Below are positions 16,166 through 29,075 of a stretch of 64,000 bases of DNA, piece by piece. Numbering within the stretch: the first letter of the stretch is position 1; every line of letters starts with the position of its first letter. The position numbers and the translations under genes are program-made. Source of the stretch: the human T2T-CHM13v2.0 reference genome, Homo sapiens; assembly GCF_009914755.1 (NCBI RefSeq), contig NC_060928.1, one strand, 5' to 3'. Under the pieces are notes generated by a model. It was not told the DNA's origin. It saw only the letters and a program-made list of their open reading frames with translations, and searched no databases.

Positions 16166-17749
16166 AGTCACTTGATGTTGGGGTCAGGAAAGAGAGGAAG
16201 TCAATAAAGTAGTGGAGAGAGACACCAATTGAGTCTTTATGCCTAGGAAAAGCATCAGCTCAGAAGATGCATTCCTCTGAAAAGAGGCCATGTTAAATGG
16301 TAAGAACATTTAGGGGCACTCAAACGACGGTCAGAATAGGAGAGGAATTATGTTCAACATCATTTTGACATTTTAAGTGTCTTCTACAAGCAGAAGAATG
16401 AATGAATGAAACTAAAGTTTTATGTCTTATACTCAATAAACCAACAATACTTATTGAAATGGCTATGCCTAAATCTTATAAAAAGAAAGGTGATTAAAAA
16501 CTTTGCAGTATTTTTTTTCAATACATGTACTAGAAGAATAGGCATTCATTCCTGGTAGAGTTCAGTAAACAATTATAGTATACATAAGAAGAAAATAATT
16601 CCTTGCACTTGAGTTTCTGTTGATTAGCAGCACTAAAAATAAAAAAAGTAGATAAAATTCTTTAATGAAATTATCCTCTACTGTTACAGAAGAATTCTGA
16701 TCTAATTCCATTCTCAAATCTCTATGACATTCACTATTCAGTCAAAAAATATGCATTAAGGACCTTCTATGCTTAACTGAGAATACAATGATAAGCAACA
16801 CAGTTTTTGTCTTTATGGGATTTACATTCCTGCATCTTAAAACAAAAGGAATTCAAAAGGCTCATATACTGAAAGGAAATTATATTCAAGTTTTTACCCA
16901 CACTTCTCCCAATGATAAGCAAAAAACCCAAATATTACTTGTAAAAAAAATGAAAAGACGAAGAGTAGCCTTTGAATTCCTGGAACTACAATGACAAGTA
17001 AAAATGACCTATATATTTGTTAGTTATGAATCACACGCATTATTGCTAACTCATTTTTCTCTTTTATATGCTATGTGTAGATACAGCAAGGAATTGCCAT
17101 AATATCAGGTCTTAGTCAGAAAGAGGCAGCTTTGTTCAATGGTAGTTTAATTGGAATACATAATCGCACAACATTTGGAAACTTTTTTATTTTAAGATCT
17201 TGAGGCTTTTTGCTTGCTCAGTTTTATCTCATGATAATCTACTTTATTAATTAACTTCCAGCTTGGCCAAGACACATTTAGTCTTAATGGAGTGTTGATT
17301 TGTGTCATCAATAACCTTCTGGCGAAGTTTGCTAATGAAATTTATGTTATGGGCCCTGTATAATTGTGTGAGGTGACCTTCTAAGGTGATTATCATTTAA
17401 ATTTACTTCAACCAGATACCCTTTCCAATAACTACACACTTAGACTTTCTTTGTAATCCATTTTTTTGTTGTTTTTCCATTCTTGTCCCTGAGCAACACA
17501 TTGGTACCTGTTTTTGATTTACTTATTATTATTATATTAAAGGTAATAATGTTGTGCTTTTCCAGTAAGACAGTTGCTGTAACAATTACTGTCCTTTTAA
17601 TAACTACATTAAGCTTGCTTTGATACATTATTCATCTTAGTTATGTATTAGTATTAATTATGTAGTTGCCACAGTATGACCAATTCATAATCAACCTGAT
17701 CTATCTGAACTGGGTGATCATGAAGCTCCCATAATGCAAAAGCACAGTG

Positions 17750-18690
17750 AAGATTTTTATTACTTCATTCAATATAGACTTATCAAGCACCTACTCTGTG
17801 CCAGAACTATATTAGATATCAGAAGGACAAGTGTCAGTAAAACAGGTTTCCCTTTTTTCACGGACCTTATATCCTTGTGAAGAAGTCATATAATAATGAC
17901 TTGAAAGATAAAGACTGATGATTGACATGTAGGAAATAAATGCAGTGTTGCAATAAATAAATAACAGTGCTGACCCACAATTAAGGAAGCAAGGACATAT
18001 TTTTGGAGGAAGCAATATTTAAGCAGAGACCTGAAGACTCAGAGACAGAGTGCCAGCCAAATAAAGAGCTGGGGAAGAGCATTCCAGGCACAGGACAGAC
18101 AGTGCAAAGATCCTGTGGCAGTAAAGGATTTGAGTTTCCTAGGAACTGACATATAGAAGGCCAGTATGCCTGAAGTGTGAGTGAGGGAAGGTGCTTGAGA
18201 AGTGGGCAGGGCCCACTGTTTTGGGCCACATGTGATCCTGTGATGCACCACCCAGATTTCCCCACAGAACTGAAGCATTTATTCTCCCAGCTGCTAGTGG
18301 TGCTGCCTGCTAACTTCCTTCAGCTGTCCTCTTTGCCTTTCATGGCCCGAATCAACCTCTCAAAGACTTCTTGAGGAACCCAAACTGCAATACCACAGTA
18401 AGTACATCGGATTTTACACTAAGTTAAGTGTGAAGCTATGGCAAGGCTTTAATAAAAGCAAGCGAGGATCACTTTGCCTGATATGTGTAGAATTAGGGCA
18501 GAAAAGAATCAGACGACTGGTTAGGAAGCTATTGCAGTAATCCCAGCGAGATGATGATGGCTGGAACTAGGGTAATGGGAGTAGAAACTGAGAAAAGTGG
18601 ATAAATACAAGATACATTTAGGGGTAGAATTGGTGATTGGCTAGTGAGAGAAAGGAAGTACCAAAGAATAACACCAAAGGTATGGTGCAA
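17750..18690 (-). mobile_element. L2 fragments
   Basis: TTCATTCAA...TTATCAAGCACCTACTCTGTGCCAG tail and degenerate L2 body. Confidence 0.65.
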
Positions 18691-19320
18691 CAACGTTTTA
18701 GATGTGCAGCAGCAGAAAATGTAGGGCACCTGAATTCAATACTGCTTTATGAAGCTTGAATAAGTACTGAGAAAGACCCATGCTTAACATTCTGTGAAAT
18801 AATATTTTGGGTTCATTTTAGAAATTATCCCCAAAGAAATGTGTGATCAGCATGAATTAAAAACCATGGCCACAAATGATTATGTTATATATTGTAGTTT
18901 TTTATACTCAATGGTGTTTGAAAACAAATAATTGCAAACTCATCACTATCTGGCACTTTGTAGCTAAGCTGAGCTTAAATATTGTAAACTGAATTAATGA
19001 ACGTAAGAGAACATGGTTCACAGTTCTTATGATGCATTAGCTTGGTCTCAGAAGTCAATAATGGCTTGATATTCCAGAAAACAGACTTGTACTGTTAAGT
19101 CTAAGGCCACAAAATCATTTTTAAATAGGTATTATACAAAGTCAGCATTTGTGAATGGCTGTGGAATAAAAGAGAGTAGAAATTAAATAGCTCCAGAAAA
19201 ATTAAGAGTTATTTTTAGAGTAGGTTTGCACTAACCTAAGATTTTTAAAAAATAAAATAAAATAAAGCTCTCGTTTAACAGCTATTTTTCACTCAGATTC
19301 CTGATCTAACATATTGTGTA

Positions 19321-19726
19321 TTTCACGCGCGTCCGTGTGAAGAGATCACCAAACAGGCTTTGTGTGAGCAACAAGGCTGTTTATTTCACCTGGGTGCAGG
19401 CGGGCTGAGTCCGAAAAGAGAGTCAGCGAAGGGAGATAGGGGTGGGGCCATTTTATAAGATTTGGGTAGGTAAAGGGAAAAAGGGGGTTCTCTGGCGGGC
19501 AGGGGTGGGGGGGGGTCACAAGATCTTAGTGAGGGAGCTTTTGAACCAGGATGAGCCAGGAGAAGGAATTTCACAAGGTAATGTCATCAGTTAAGGCAGG
19601 AACAGGCCATTTTCATGTCTTTTGTGGTGGAATGTCGTCAGTTAAGGAAGGAACGGGCCATCTGGATGTGTACGTGCAGGTCACAGGGGATATATGATGG
19701 CTTAGCTTGGGCTCAGAGGCCTGACA
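19321..19726 (-). mobile_element. HERV-H 3' LTR (LTR7-type, with a duplicated ~49-bp U3 repeat)
   Basis: Minus strand begins TGTCAGGCCTCTGAGCCCAAGCTAAGCC and ends ...CGCGTGAAA; AATAAA at 19380-19385 (-); TATA near 19451-19457 (-); preceded by purine tract at 19727-19740. Confidence 0.95.
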
Positions 19727-19887
19727 TTCCTGTCTTCTTATATTAATAAGAAAAATAAAACAAAATAGTGTTGAAGTGTTGGGGCAGCAAAAATTTTGGG
19801 GGGTGGTATGGAGAGATAATGGGCTATGTTTCTCAGGGCTGCTTTGAGAGGGATTATGGGCGGCGTGGGAACCTAGAGTGGGAGAGA

Positions 19888-21410
19888 TTAAGCTGAAGGA
19901 AGATTTTGTGGTAAGGGGTGATACTGTGGGGTTGTTAGAAGAAACATTTGTTGTGTAGAATTATTCGTGATGGCCTGGATACGGTTTTGTATGAATTGAA
20001 AAACTAAACGGAATAAGAGAAGGAGAAAAACAGGTATTAAAGGACTAAGAATTGGGAGGACCTAGGACATCTAATTAGAGGGTGTCCAAGGGGGTTCAGC
20101 GTAATTACTTGCTTGGTTGGCAAGCTTTTGGGCTCTATCCTTGAGTTTTTTATGTTGTCATACACCAGGCCAGATTGATTTAGGTAAAATGAACACTCTT
20201 CATTTAAGAATATACAGAGTCCTCCTTTTTCAGCAGTAAGTCAAGGCCTCGGCGGTTTTGGAGGACAACTGCAGCTAAAGAGTCAACTTGGGCCTGGAGG
20301 ACTGATAAAGTTTGTGATACGTCTGTGATGCTAGCAGAGAAGTCATTAGAGAGGCTACGGAAGGTCGTGACAGAGGTTGAAATGCCTGCTATTCCAGTAC
20401 CGAGAGCAATAGTGAAGGCAGAAAGTCTTAAACTGACAAGCAAGGGAATTAGTGGAATAACTCTTTTTTGTCGTGTCGGTGTCATGAGGGGAACAGGGAG
20501 CTCTTCGGTCCTATTTGCAAATTGAATTTTGGGAGTAAGGAAAACTAGTGTGCATGTGCCTGTCCAATTAGCAGGTAGACACATGTAGGTAGAGGATACA
20601 CAGAGGAAGAAGACACCTTGTGCGAGGCAAAACTGGAGATGCAAAGTAAAAAGATGAGAAGGAGTGCTGAAAGGGGTGTCTTGTACCCAGACTCCTAGGG
20701 ATCCAGCTAGGGCCACAGCCATCAGAGGTTGTAATGGGGACTGATGAGGTAACTGCACAGAGGAGGAGGTTCGATTTTCATGGTGTATGAGAAAACGTTG
20801 AGTATCTACGAGCAACCTTTCACTGTTATTTACAGGGCTGGGTATAAGTAAACAAGAAGAGGGCTTTGGAGATGAAGAGTAAAGGAACATCGAGAAGGTG
20901 AAAGGTTACCCAGGGGAATTCCAGTGGCCACAGGAATAGTAGTTTGTGTTGTGAGAGGTCTAAATATGGGGGGAGTAGAGTTGATATAAGGAGAAAGGTT
21001 TTTTTAAGTAAGTGCGGAGGAGGGTGGCAGCTTGCTGATGTGAAATGTCTGGGGAGGTCTTGCTGGACCTGTGTAGAAAGTAAATGAGTTCTTCAGGAGG
21101 GTAAAGGTGAGGGCTGTTAAAGGAAGTTCAGAGGTGTAGGGAGACAGGAGATGTTGCCTAATCTGCATGTAAGTGGGGACAGCTGTGTAGGCGCTGGAAG
21201 AAAGGGAAATGCAAAGCCAGCGGTTGTTAGCTAAGGAAGGATTAGAAATGGCTAGGAGAGAATAGTAAGGTCGATAGTGTAGTGGAGATAGCTGGGGAGA
21301 GGTAGAGGGTGGCATAAGAATGGGAATGAGAATAAGAGTGAGTATAAAAGTAAAGAATAGAACTTCATCAGGGTGAAAGTATTGGAGGGTCCCCTGCCAG
21401 CAAAGATCAT
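19888..21410 (-). pseudogene. HERV-H env pseudogene
   Basis: Starts MIFAGRGPSNTFTLMKFYSLLLYSLLF; ORF 20204-20890 has CLPANWTGTC, furin site RQKR, fusion peptide and immunosuppressive motif LQNRRGLDLL; ends HPLPQNLPSA*; several frameshifts and deletions. Confidence 0.92.
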
Positions 21411-21599
21411 CTATCCACTTTAAGAGGGAGTTAAGAGTTGCCAGTCCTGGGTCGGGGGTGGGTGGGCAAATCCTCGAGCTTGATGTGTAGGGAAGGGAGG
21501 GGGCCTGAATAATCCCTGAGGAGTAGTAGAATAGCAGATGGAACGCTGAGAAGTTATTTCTTTGAGGATAGATTCCCACAATGGAAAGGAAATGAGAGG

Positions 21600-23160
21600 T
21601 TCTAAAAAGCGGGCTGGTGGCTTGCATTATAGCATAGCCTGCCTTTGCTGGTGTGTGGTGATTAGGCCTGGTGAAACTACTATCAATAAACCAAATGTGA
21701 TCAGGGTGAGGAATAGGGAAGAAGGAAATATGGGGAAATGGGGTGAATGTCAGGTGGATCAGAGCGATACAGTCATGGGGGTCAGGTGTGGTATCCAGAA
21801 TAATGTGGGAGGCCGGATTGAAGTCGGGCCAGGAACAATGGTAATTGTGGGAGACTCAACAAAGAGTGAGTACAGCTGAAGGAGGCGGGGAGCAGAAAGT
21901 ATATGCATCAGGTGTGAGGAAGAAAATAGATTTTGGAAGTTATGAGAACTGTAGAGAGTGAGTTGAGCATAATTTGTGATTTTAAGGGCCTCTAAAAGTA
22001 TTAAGGCAGTGGCAGCCACTGCACGCAGACACGAGGGCTAGGCTAAAACAGTAAGGTCAAGTTGTTTGGACAGAAAGGCTACAGGGCTTGGTCCTGGCTC
22101 TTGTGTAAGAATTCTGACCACACTAACCATCCCTAGGAAGGAAAGGAGTTGTTGTTTTGTAGAAGGGATTGGGGTTTGGGAGATGAGTCGGACACGATCA
22201 GCAGGGAGAGCACGTGTGTTTTTATGAGATTATGTCGAGTTAGGTAACAGATGAGGAAAAAATTTGGGCTTGACTGAAGTAGTGGGGGCTGTCTGTGAAG
22301 TCTTGAGGCAGTACAGCCCAGGTAATTTGCTGAGCCTAATGGGTGTCAGGGTCAGTCCAAGTGAAAGCAAAGAGAGGCTGGGATGAAGGGTGCAAAGGAA
22401 TAGTAAAGAAAGCATGTTTGAGATCCAGAACAGAATAATGGGTTATAGAGGGAGGTATTGAGGATAGGAGAGTATATGGGTTTGGCACCATCGGGTGGAT
22501 ACGCAAAACAATTTGGTTGATAAGGCGCAGATCCTGAACTAACCTGTAAGGCTTGTCTCGTTTTAAGACAGGTAAAATGGGGGAATTGTAAGGAGAGTTT
22601 ATAGGCTTTAAAAGGCCATGCTGTAGCAGGTGAGTGATAACAGGCTTTAATCCTTTTAAAGTGTGCTGTGGGATGGGATATTGGCGTTGAGCGAGGTAAG
22701 GGTGATTAGGTTTTAATGAGATGGTAAGGGGTGCGTGATCGGTTGCCAAGGAGGGAGTAGAGGTGTCCTATACTTGTGGGCTAAGGTGGGGAGATACAAG
22801 GGGAGGATGTGAAGGAGGCTTTGAACTGGGGGAAAAGGTGGCAATGAGGTGTGGCTGTAGCCCAGGAATAGTCAGGGAAGCAGATAATTTAGTTAAAATA
22901 TCTCGGCCTAATAAGGGAACTGGGCAGGTGGGGATAACTAAAAGGAGTGCTTTAAAGAGTATTGTCTAAGTTGGCACCAGAGTTGGGGAGTTTTAAGAGG
23001 TTTAGAAGCCTGGCCATCAATACCCACAACAGTTATGGAGGCAAGGGAAACAGGCCCTTGAAAAGAAGGTAATATGGAGTGGGTAGCCTCCGTGTTGATT
23101 AAGAAGGGGACAGACTTACCCTCCACTGTGAGAGTTACCTAAAGATCGGCATCTGTGATA
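21600..23160 (-). pseudogene. HERV-H pro/pol remnants (protease, RT N-terminal half, RT-connection/RNase H fragments)
   Basis: ORF 22938-23126 FLINTEATHS (decayed DTGA site); ORF 22336-22749 SPYNSPILPV...YRLVQDLRLIN...VLDLKHAFF; ORF 21759-22019; no YVDD motif or integrase core seen. Confidence 0.88.
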
Positions 23161-24330
23161 GTCTAGGGGGCTTCCGAGGCGATCAGGCAGCATCAATCTT
23201 CAGTTGGTAAGCTGAGAAGATTGGGGAAGGAGTCAGTCAGAGCCTTGGGCCAGAGTTCCAGGGGCTCTGGGAGTGGCTGCCGGGTGAGTTGAACAGTCCA
23301 ATTTTCAGTGGGGTCCTGCACAGATGGGACATGGCTTCGGAGGAATCCTGGGCTGTGGGCATTCCTTGGCTCAGTGGCCAGATTTCCAGCACTTGTAGCA
23401 AGCTCCTGGGGGAGGAGGTTCTGGAGGAACCCCTGGCAGCTGCGGTTCAGGCGTTTGGAGTTCTTGTGTGCTGGAGATGTGGCTGGGGTTTGTCTCACAG
23501 TGCAGGCAAGGAATTGCAACTCAGAAATACATTGCTACTTGGCTGCCTCTAGTTTATTGTTGTACACCTTGAAGGCGAGGTTAATTAAGTCTTGTTGTGG
23601 GGTTTGAGGGCTGGAATTTAATTTTTGGAGTTTTATTTAATGTCGGGAGTGGACTGGGTAATAAAATGTATATTGAGAATAAGACGGCCTTTTGACCTTT
23701 TAGGGTCTAGGGCTGTCTCAGCATTGCTGCCAAACGAGCCATGAACTGGGCTGCATTTTTTATTTGATGAAAAAGAGCCTAAAAGCTATCTGATTTGGGA
23801 TTAAGAAAAAGGAGCATTAACCTTGACTATGCCTTTAATTCTAGCCACCTTTTTAAGAGGAAATTGCTGGGCAGGTGGGGGAGGGCTAGTCGTGGAACGA
23901 AACTGTAAGTTGGACCAGGTGTGAGGAGGGGATGTGACAAAAGGATTATAGGGTAGGGGATCGGAGGCTCTGACCTAGCTCGGCCTGGCAAGAAGCAGCC
24001 TGGGGAGGAGGGGAGCAGTCAGATGGGTCTGTAGAAAAGGAAGATTGGAAAGAGGAAAGACTCAGTGATGCTTGGGGTTGGGACGAGAGGACAGACAGGA
24101 GGGAAAGAAGGAAGATTTGGGATGAGCTGCATTGGAAACAGAGACTAGGGAGGGACTGATGTGTAAAAGAATGCCTGGACATCAGGCACCTCAGACCGTT
24201 TGCCCATTTTATGACAAGAATTATTTAGATCTTGTAGGATGGAAAAATCGAACGTGTTCTGGCTATTTGGAACCACTGTCGAGTTTGTATTGGGGTCAAG
24301 TGGCATTGCAGAAGAAAATAAGGTGTTTAG
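23160..24330 (-). pseudogene. HERV-H gag remnant (bounds approximate)
   Basis: Minus strand ~23290-23410 reads CYKCWKSGH*AKEC...CPICAGPH*KLDC, two CCHC knuckles with Trp-to-stop changes. Confidence 0.8.
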
Positions 24331-24449
24331 GTTTTAGGTCAGGTGTGAGTTGAAGAGGTATTAAGTCTTTGACAACACAGGCTAAGGGAGAAGGAGGAAT
24401 GGAGGGTGGAAGTTTGCCTATAGTGAAGGAGGCAAGTCCACAGAAAAGA

Positions 24450-24620
24450 GAGGGTAGAGACATGGAGAGAAGGGGTGGGGAGTGTTTGCCCCCCAGGAAA
24501 GTGGAGAAGGGGTAGAGACATGGAGAGAAGGGGCCGGGGGGTTCTTGCCCCGTAAAAAAGTGGAGAAGGGGTAGAGACAGGGAGAGAAGGGGTCGGAGGG
24601 TTCTTGCCGCCCAGAAAAGC
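24450..24620. repeat. Three tandem ~59-bp repeats in the HERV-H leader
   Basis: GGGTAGAGACA(T/G)GGAGAGAAGGGG recurs at ~24452, ~24510 and ~24569. Confidence 0.8.
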
Positions 24621-25062
24621 GGTACTTGCCGCTAAGGGTGAAGGACCAAGGCAGGCGTCCCCACGTGGTCAGACACCTCTGAAATGTGGGTGAATAATCA
24701 GTCAGGCATCTCTGCGTGATTAAACACCAAGGGAAGACTGTCTTCCCGAGTCTGTGACCAGTGCCGGAGTTTTTGGGTCCATGGATAAAATGCGTCTCCT
24801 TTGTCTCTACCAGAAAAGAAAAAGAACTGAAATTAAGAGAAGGGAGAGATTGAAGTGTGGCGCCAAGATTGAAAGGAGAAAGAGGTTGAGGGATAGTGAG
24901 AGAGGTTGGAGAGGAGAGTAAAAAGAGGCCGCTTACCGGATTTAAAATTGGTGAGATGTTCTTTGGGCTGGTCGGTCTGAGGACCTGAGGTCGTAGGTGG
25001 ATCTTTCTCATGCAGCAAAGAGCAGGAGGACAGGGGATTGATCTCCCAAGGGAGGTCCCCCG

Positions 25063-25080
25063 ATCCGAGTCATGGCACCA
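25063..25080 (-). other. Primer binding site for tRNA-His
   Basis: TGGTGCCATGACTCGGAT on the minus strand, 2 nt after the 5' LTR; one mismatch to the tRNA-His complement TGGTGCCGTGACTCGGAT. Confidence 0.92.
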
Positions 25081-25082
25081 AA

Positions 25083-25445
25083 TTTCACGTGCGTCCATGT
25101 GAAGAGACCACCAAACAGGCTTTGTGTGAGCAACAAGGCTGTTTATTTCACCTGGGTGCAGGCGGGCTGAGTCCGAAAAGAGTGAAGGGAGATAGGGGTG
25201 GGGCTGCTTTATAAGATTTGGGTAGATAAAGGAAAAACGGGGGTTGTTCTCTGGCGGGCAGGGGTCGGGGGGGTCACAAGGTGCTCAGCGGGGGAGCTTT
25301 TAAGCCACGATGAGCCAGGAGAAGGAATTTCACAAGGTAATATCATCAGTTAAGGCAGGAACAGGCCATTTTCACTTCTTTTGTGGTGGAATGTCATCAG
25401 TTAAGGCAGGAACCGGCCATCTGGATGTGTACGTGCAGGTCACAG
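25083..25445 (-). mobile_element. HERV-H 5' LTR, lacking the first 40 bp of U3
   Basis: Aligns with 19321-19686; homology stops at ...CAGGTCACAG (25445); TATA at 25208-25213 (-) retained. Confidence 0.93.
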
Positions 25446-25870
25446 AAAGGGATTTATTAAGAGATATTAGGAAGTTGTCCAATCACTGAAAGTACAGGTG
25501 GGGCAAACCTAGGTTGACCTAGGAACTGCTCCCAAGACCAAATAATAGAAATTGCCTGTTGGGGGAGAGGCTAACTCATCTGACTTTAAACTTACGCTGC
25601 CTCTACCATAATCTAGAAAGAACCATTGCCACCAATGACCACCCAAACTATGCTGCTTCTGCTGTGATTCCAGAAGCACTTCACTTACCCTTAAACTCAG
25701 AAACACCCATGCTTGCAAATATGGATGTCATGGCACTATTTTGCCAAGCAGTTGATCAAATCAAAGGCTCATTAAGCTGTATCTGATTGGTGAACTCTGT
25801 CACATGTTTGTACTCTTAACAGCAAGTTGTGCTGGGAGATGTAGTTTTTTCAATTCTGTGTTGGGGAGGC
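25446..25870. mobile_element. Old MaLR (MLT1-like) LTR fragment abutting the truncated HERV-H 5' LTR
   Basis: GATTGG...GTCACATG...CTGGGAGATGTAGTTTT block typical of MLT1 elements. Confidence 0.5.
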
Positions 25871-25979
25871 ACAATGCACAATGTGGGAAACTATCACCAC
25901 ATGGGGAAAGCATTGAGAAAAAAATCTTCCACAAATAATAGACATGAATGACAGAGGTCCATCATAGTTAATATTCCAA

Positions 25980-26282
25980 TTTTTTTTTTTTTTTTTTTTT
26001 TTTGAGATGGAGTCTCGCTCTGTCGCCAGGCTGGAGTGCAATGGTGCTATCTCGGCTCACTGCAACCTCTGACTCCCTGGTTCAAGCAATTCTCCTGTCT
26101 CAGCCTCCCAAGTAGCTGGGATTACAGGCACGCACAACCACGCCCAGCTAATTTTTATATTTTTAGTAGAGACGGGGTTTCACCGTGTTGGCCAGGATGG
26201 CCTCGATCCCCTGAACTCGCGATCTGCCCGCCTTGGCCTCTCAAAGTGCTGGGATTACAGGCATAAGCCACTGCACCCGGCC
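25980..26282 (-). mobile_element. Alu (AluSc-like)
   Basis: Poly-T plus reverse-complement Alu dimer. Confidence 0.95.
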
Positions 26283-28716
26283 CATTTCAAAATCTTCACT
26301 CATGGTTAAGTTCTATTAATATCATTAATATACCCCATTTTCCACTGGATAATACATACTGACCACTGAAATAATTTTTAGAAAAATTTAGGAACCAAAG
26401 AATTGTATACGCTTGATTTAGAATGTTCCTCATGAATAATGAGTATTGAAATCTGCATTAATATCTTCAGTAATGAATCTACCCCGTTTTTAGCAAAGTC
26501 AGATATTAAAAAGATTTTCAACAAAACTATAATTGATTATTTGAGCTCACCAGATAGGGTTGCTGCTTAAGAGACTTATTTATAGCATGTTAGATCTAAA
26601 ACTGATAGTACTTTAATAATTCCACAGAGTCCTCAAATAACTCACTCCAAGATAAATCAGAGACAGCGAGGAATCTTTTCATTGGATGTGTCTGGGCACC
26701 ATCCATGGTCAGCAAGCTCAGTGTGCTGGAGTTCAGGGTTTTCTATTTTGTTTCTACAGTTAATTTGTTAGCATGTGAATTTCAGAATTAGGTGGACTGG
26801 CATCAGTCCTTCCGGTATCTTCCAAAGCAAGTTTTTGAATAGAGTATCTACTAGAGTTTCCAGTACAGGGCTCTATTTGAATCCTTCCAAAAGTTGTAGA
26901 GATTTTGCCTGCTCTTGTTCAACTTTCTTTCAACAGCTTCTCTTCTTTATTACCAAAAGTCTTTGTGTTAGGCAGCAATACAACAGATGGTGAACAAGTC
27001 TTCATCAAAGCAATCTTTTTAGAGACAAAATCCCTTTAGCATAATGACCCTAAATCAGATCTAAAGAAAAAATTCAATGGAAACGTTGTACCAGTGTTTC
27101 GTGGCCTACACAACAGACTCCTACTCTTTAACATGGTTGGCTTAATTGAAAAATGGTTAGTTTTTGTTTTGCCCAGTCTAATACTATTGCACTTATGAAT
27201 AATAATTCTATTAGCATATATATATATGTTTCTAAATCTAAAGTGTATTATCTTATTTAATTCTCATAACACAGTGAGTGAACAAAAGCATTGTGTGGGC
27301 TGAATGTAGACTACAAATAAAAATGGCCATTTAGATTCTAATATTACATTATCTAAAAAGTTACCTTCAATCATTTGCAATCATTAAATATTTTACTTTT
27401 ACTTAGACAATAATGACATTCCCTAACAGATAATTCTTCTTTGGAGGTCTCTACCAAATAGCTCTACTTAAAATAGCAGAGCTGAGTCAACATCTCAGAA
27501 TGCATTATGATTGCAGGCAGCAAAATGACTCACAAAATGGTAAACATACGAAGAAGCCAAACCTTCACTTTAAAAGATTAATGATAGTATACAACAAATG
27601 ACAAAGTAAGCATCTATCTCTACTACCTCTTACCTGGGAGTATTTCTCTGGATTCTAAATAAGCATTCCATACAGATATTCTGTAAGTTTATATGAAGAA
27701 TTTATATGCTTTGATTGTGCCTACTCTTTTTCATTGTGCCACAAAGCTGTTGAGCTTTATATAGAACTTCAGTTTAGTGCATTTATTTGTCAAGCTATAG
27801 GTGTAAAAACCAGCTATTCTAGCATTTACCTCATTCATTCAGCTTCCTATTCTGAAGCTTTCCTTCTGAGATTTTTCTTCACCATCTTACCTCTTTTTCT
27901 TTCTTCATATCCTTGGTATAAAAATGTAAATAGTTTTCAGCTAGAAGGAACCAGCAAAGAGGTCCCCTAGGTTTCATCTGTATAGATTACTGCTAAGTTT
28001 ATTACGTCTAAGAGCTAGTTCCTAAAAATAGCTCTCATCTGCATAGTAATGGGCCTCCTCCATCCCATTTCTTACATCCTTCTAGATATCCCAGAATAAT
28101 TTAAACACTGTCAGCAATTCTCTCTCTGAAAGCTCTGTTAGCCCATATACTATAGAACCAGTCTGGGACACTCTAGTTCATGGTACCCTCATCCTGTGGC
28201 TTAGATCTCCCATAGAGTGGCATGGATGCCCTCTTGCTCTGGTACCTTTTGGTCATCTTCTCTCTATGTCTGCACCTGTACCCTATGGCCCTGGCCACAT
28301 CTGCCTCTAGATTTAGTCATCTGTATTCACTACTGTCACCATGAAGTAGGAAAACACTTTAAGTGCCATTCTTGGCAAGGCAGAATAGCGGCGATGTTGG
28401 GTTCTTAATATTTATTTTGGTTAATTCATCTTGAATGTGCACATGGGTATTCTAAATCCAAGACAGCTTTGTTATTAATTAGTTTACAGTAAATAATAAA
28501 ATTATTGGACCATTTCCCCAAAACTTACCTTGGAACAAAGGGATGAAAGCAGCTGGAAACATCTCCTTCATGAGTGGCCAGACACTCCCCAGATAAGAAA
28601 AAGAGAACAACAAATTTTCTTCTTTTACATACTTAAGAGAGATGGCCTGCTACTCGTTTCCTAAGAGGAGAGAGAAGAACAAAACCAAAATATTTGTTCC
28701 TTAGAAATAGGATGGA

Positions 28717-29075
28717 GGCTGGGCATGGTGGCTCAGGCCCATAATCCCAGCACTTTGGGTGGCCGAGGTGGGAGGATCGCTTGAGCCCAGGAGTTTCAGG
28801 ACCAGTCTGGGTAATATAGTGAGACCTCATATCTACAAAAAAATTAAAAAATAAGCCGCGTGTGGTGCCACATGCCTGTAGTCCTAGATATCTGGGAGGC
28901 TGAGATGAGAGGATTGCTTGAGCCCAGGAGGCAGAGGCTGCAGTAAGCCAAGTTTGTGCCACTGCATTCCTGTTTGGGTGACAGAAGGAGAACTTGGAAA
29001 AAAAAAGAGAGAGGGAGAGAAAGAAAGAATGAGAGAGAAAAAGGAAAAAAAGAGAAAGAAATGGAATGGAAGGAA
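28717..29075 (+). mobile_element. AluJ-like element with GA-rich tail
   Basis: GGAGGATCGCTTGAGCCCAGGAG diagnostic; purine-rich tail. Confidence 0.9.

Larger units (their letters stand above)
19321..25445 (-). mobile_element. HERV-H provirus (LTR7 - internal - LTR7), pol heavily deleted, env largely retained but disrupted
   Basis: Two similar LTRs, tRNA-His PBS, PPT, and gag zinc-knuckle, protease, RT, RNase H and env remnants in proviral order on the minus strand. Confidence 0.96.

Noticed and set aside
20204-20890. 228-aa ORF as a syncytin-like domesticated env
   Set aside because: No in-frame signal peptide, frameshift within the ISD, broken CX6CC and no in-frame membrane anchor.
24450-24620. 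Regularly spaced repeats resembling a CRISPR array
   Set aside because: The intervening sequences are similar to each other (tandem repeat), the context is a HERV-H leader in a primate genome, and there are no cas genes.
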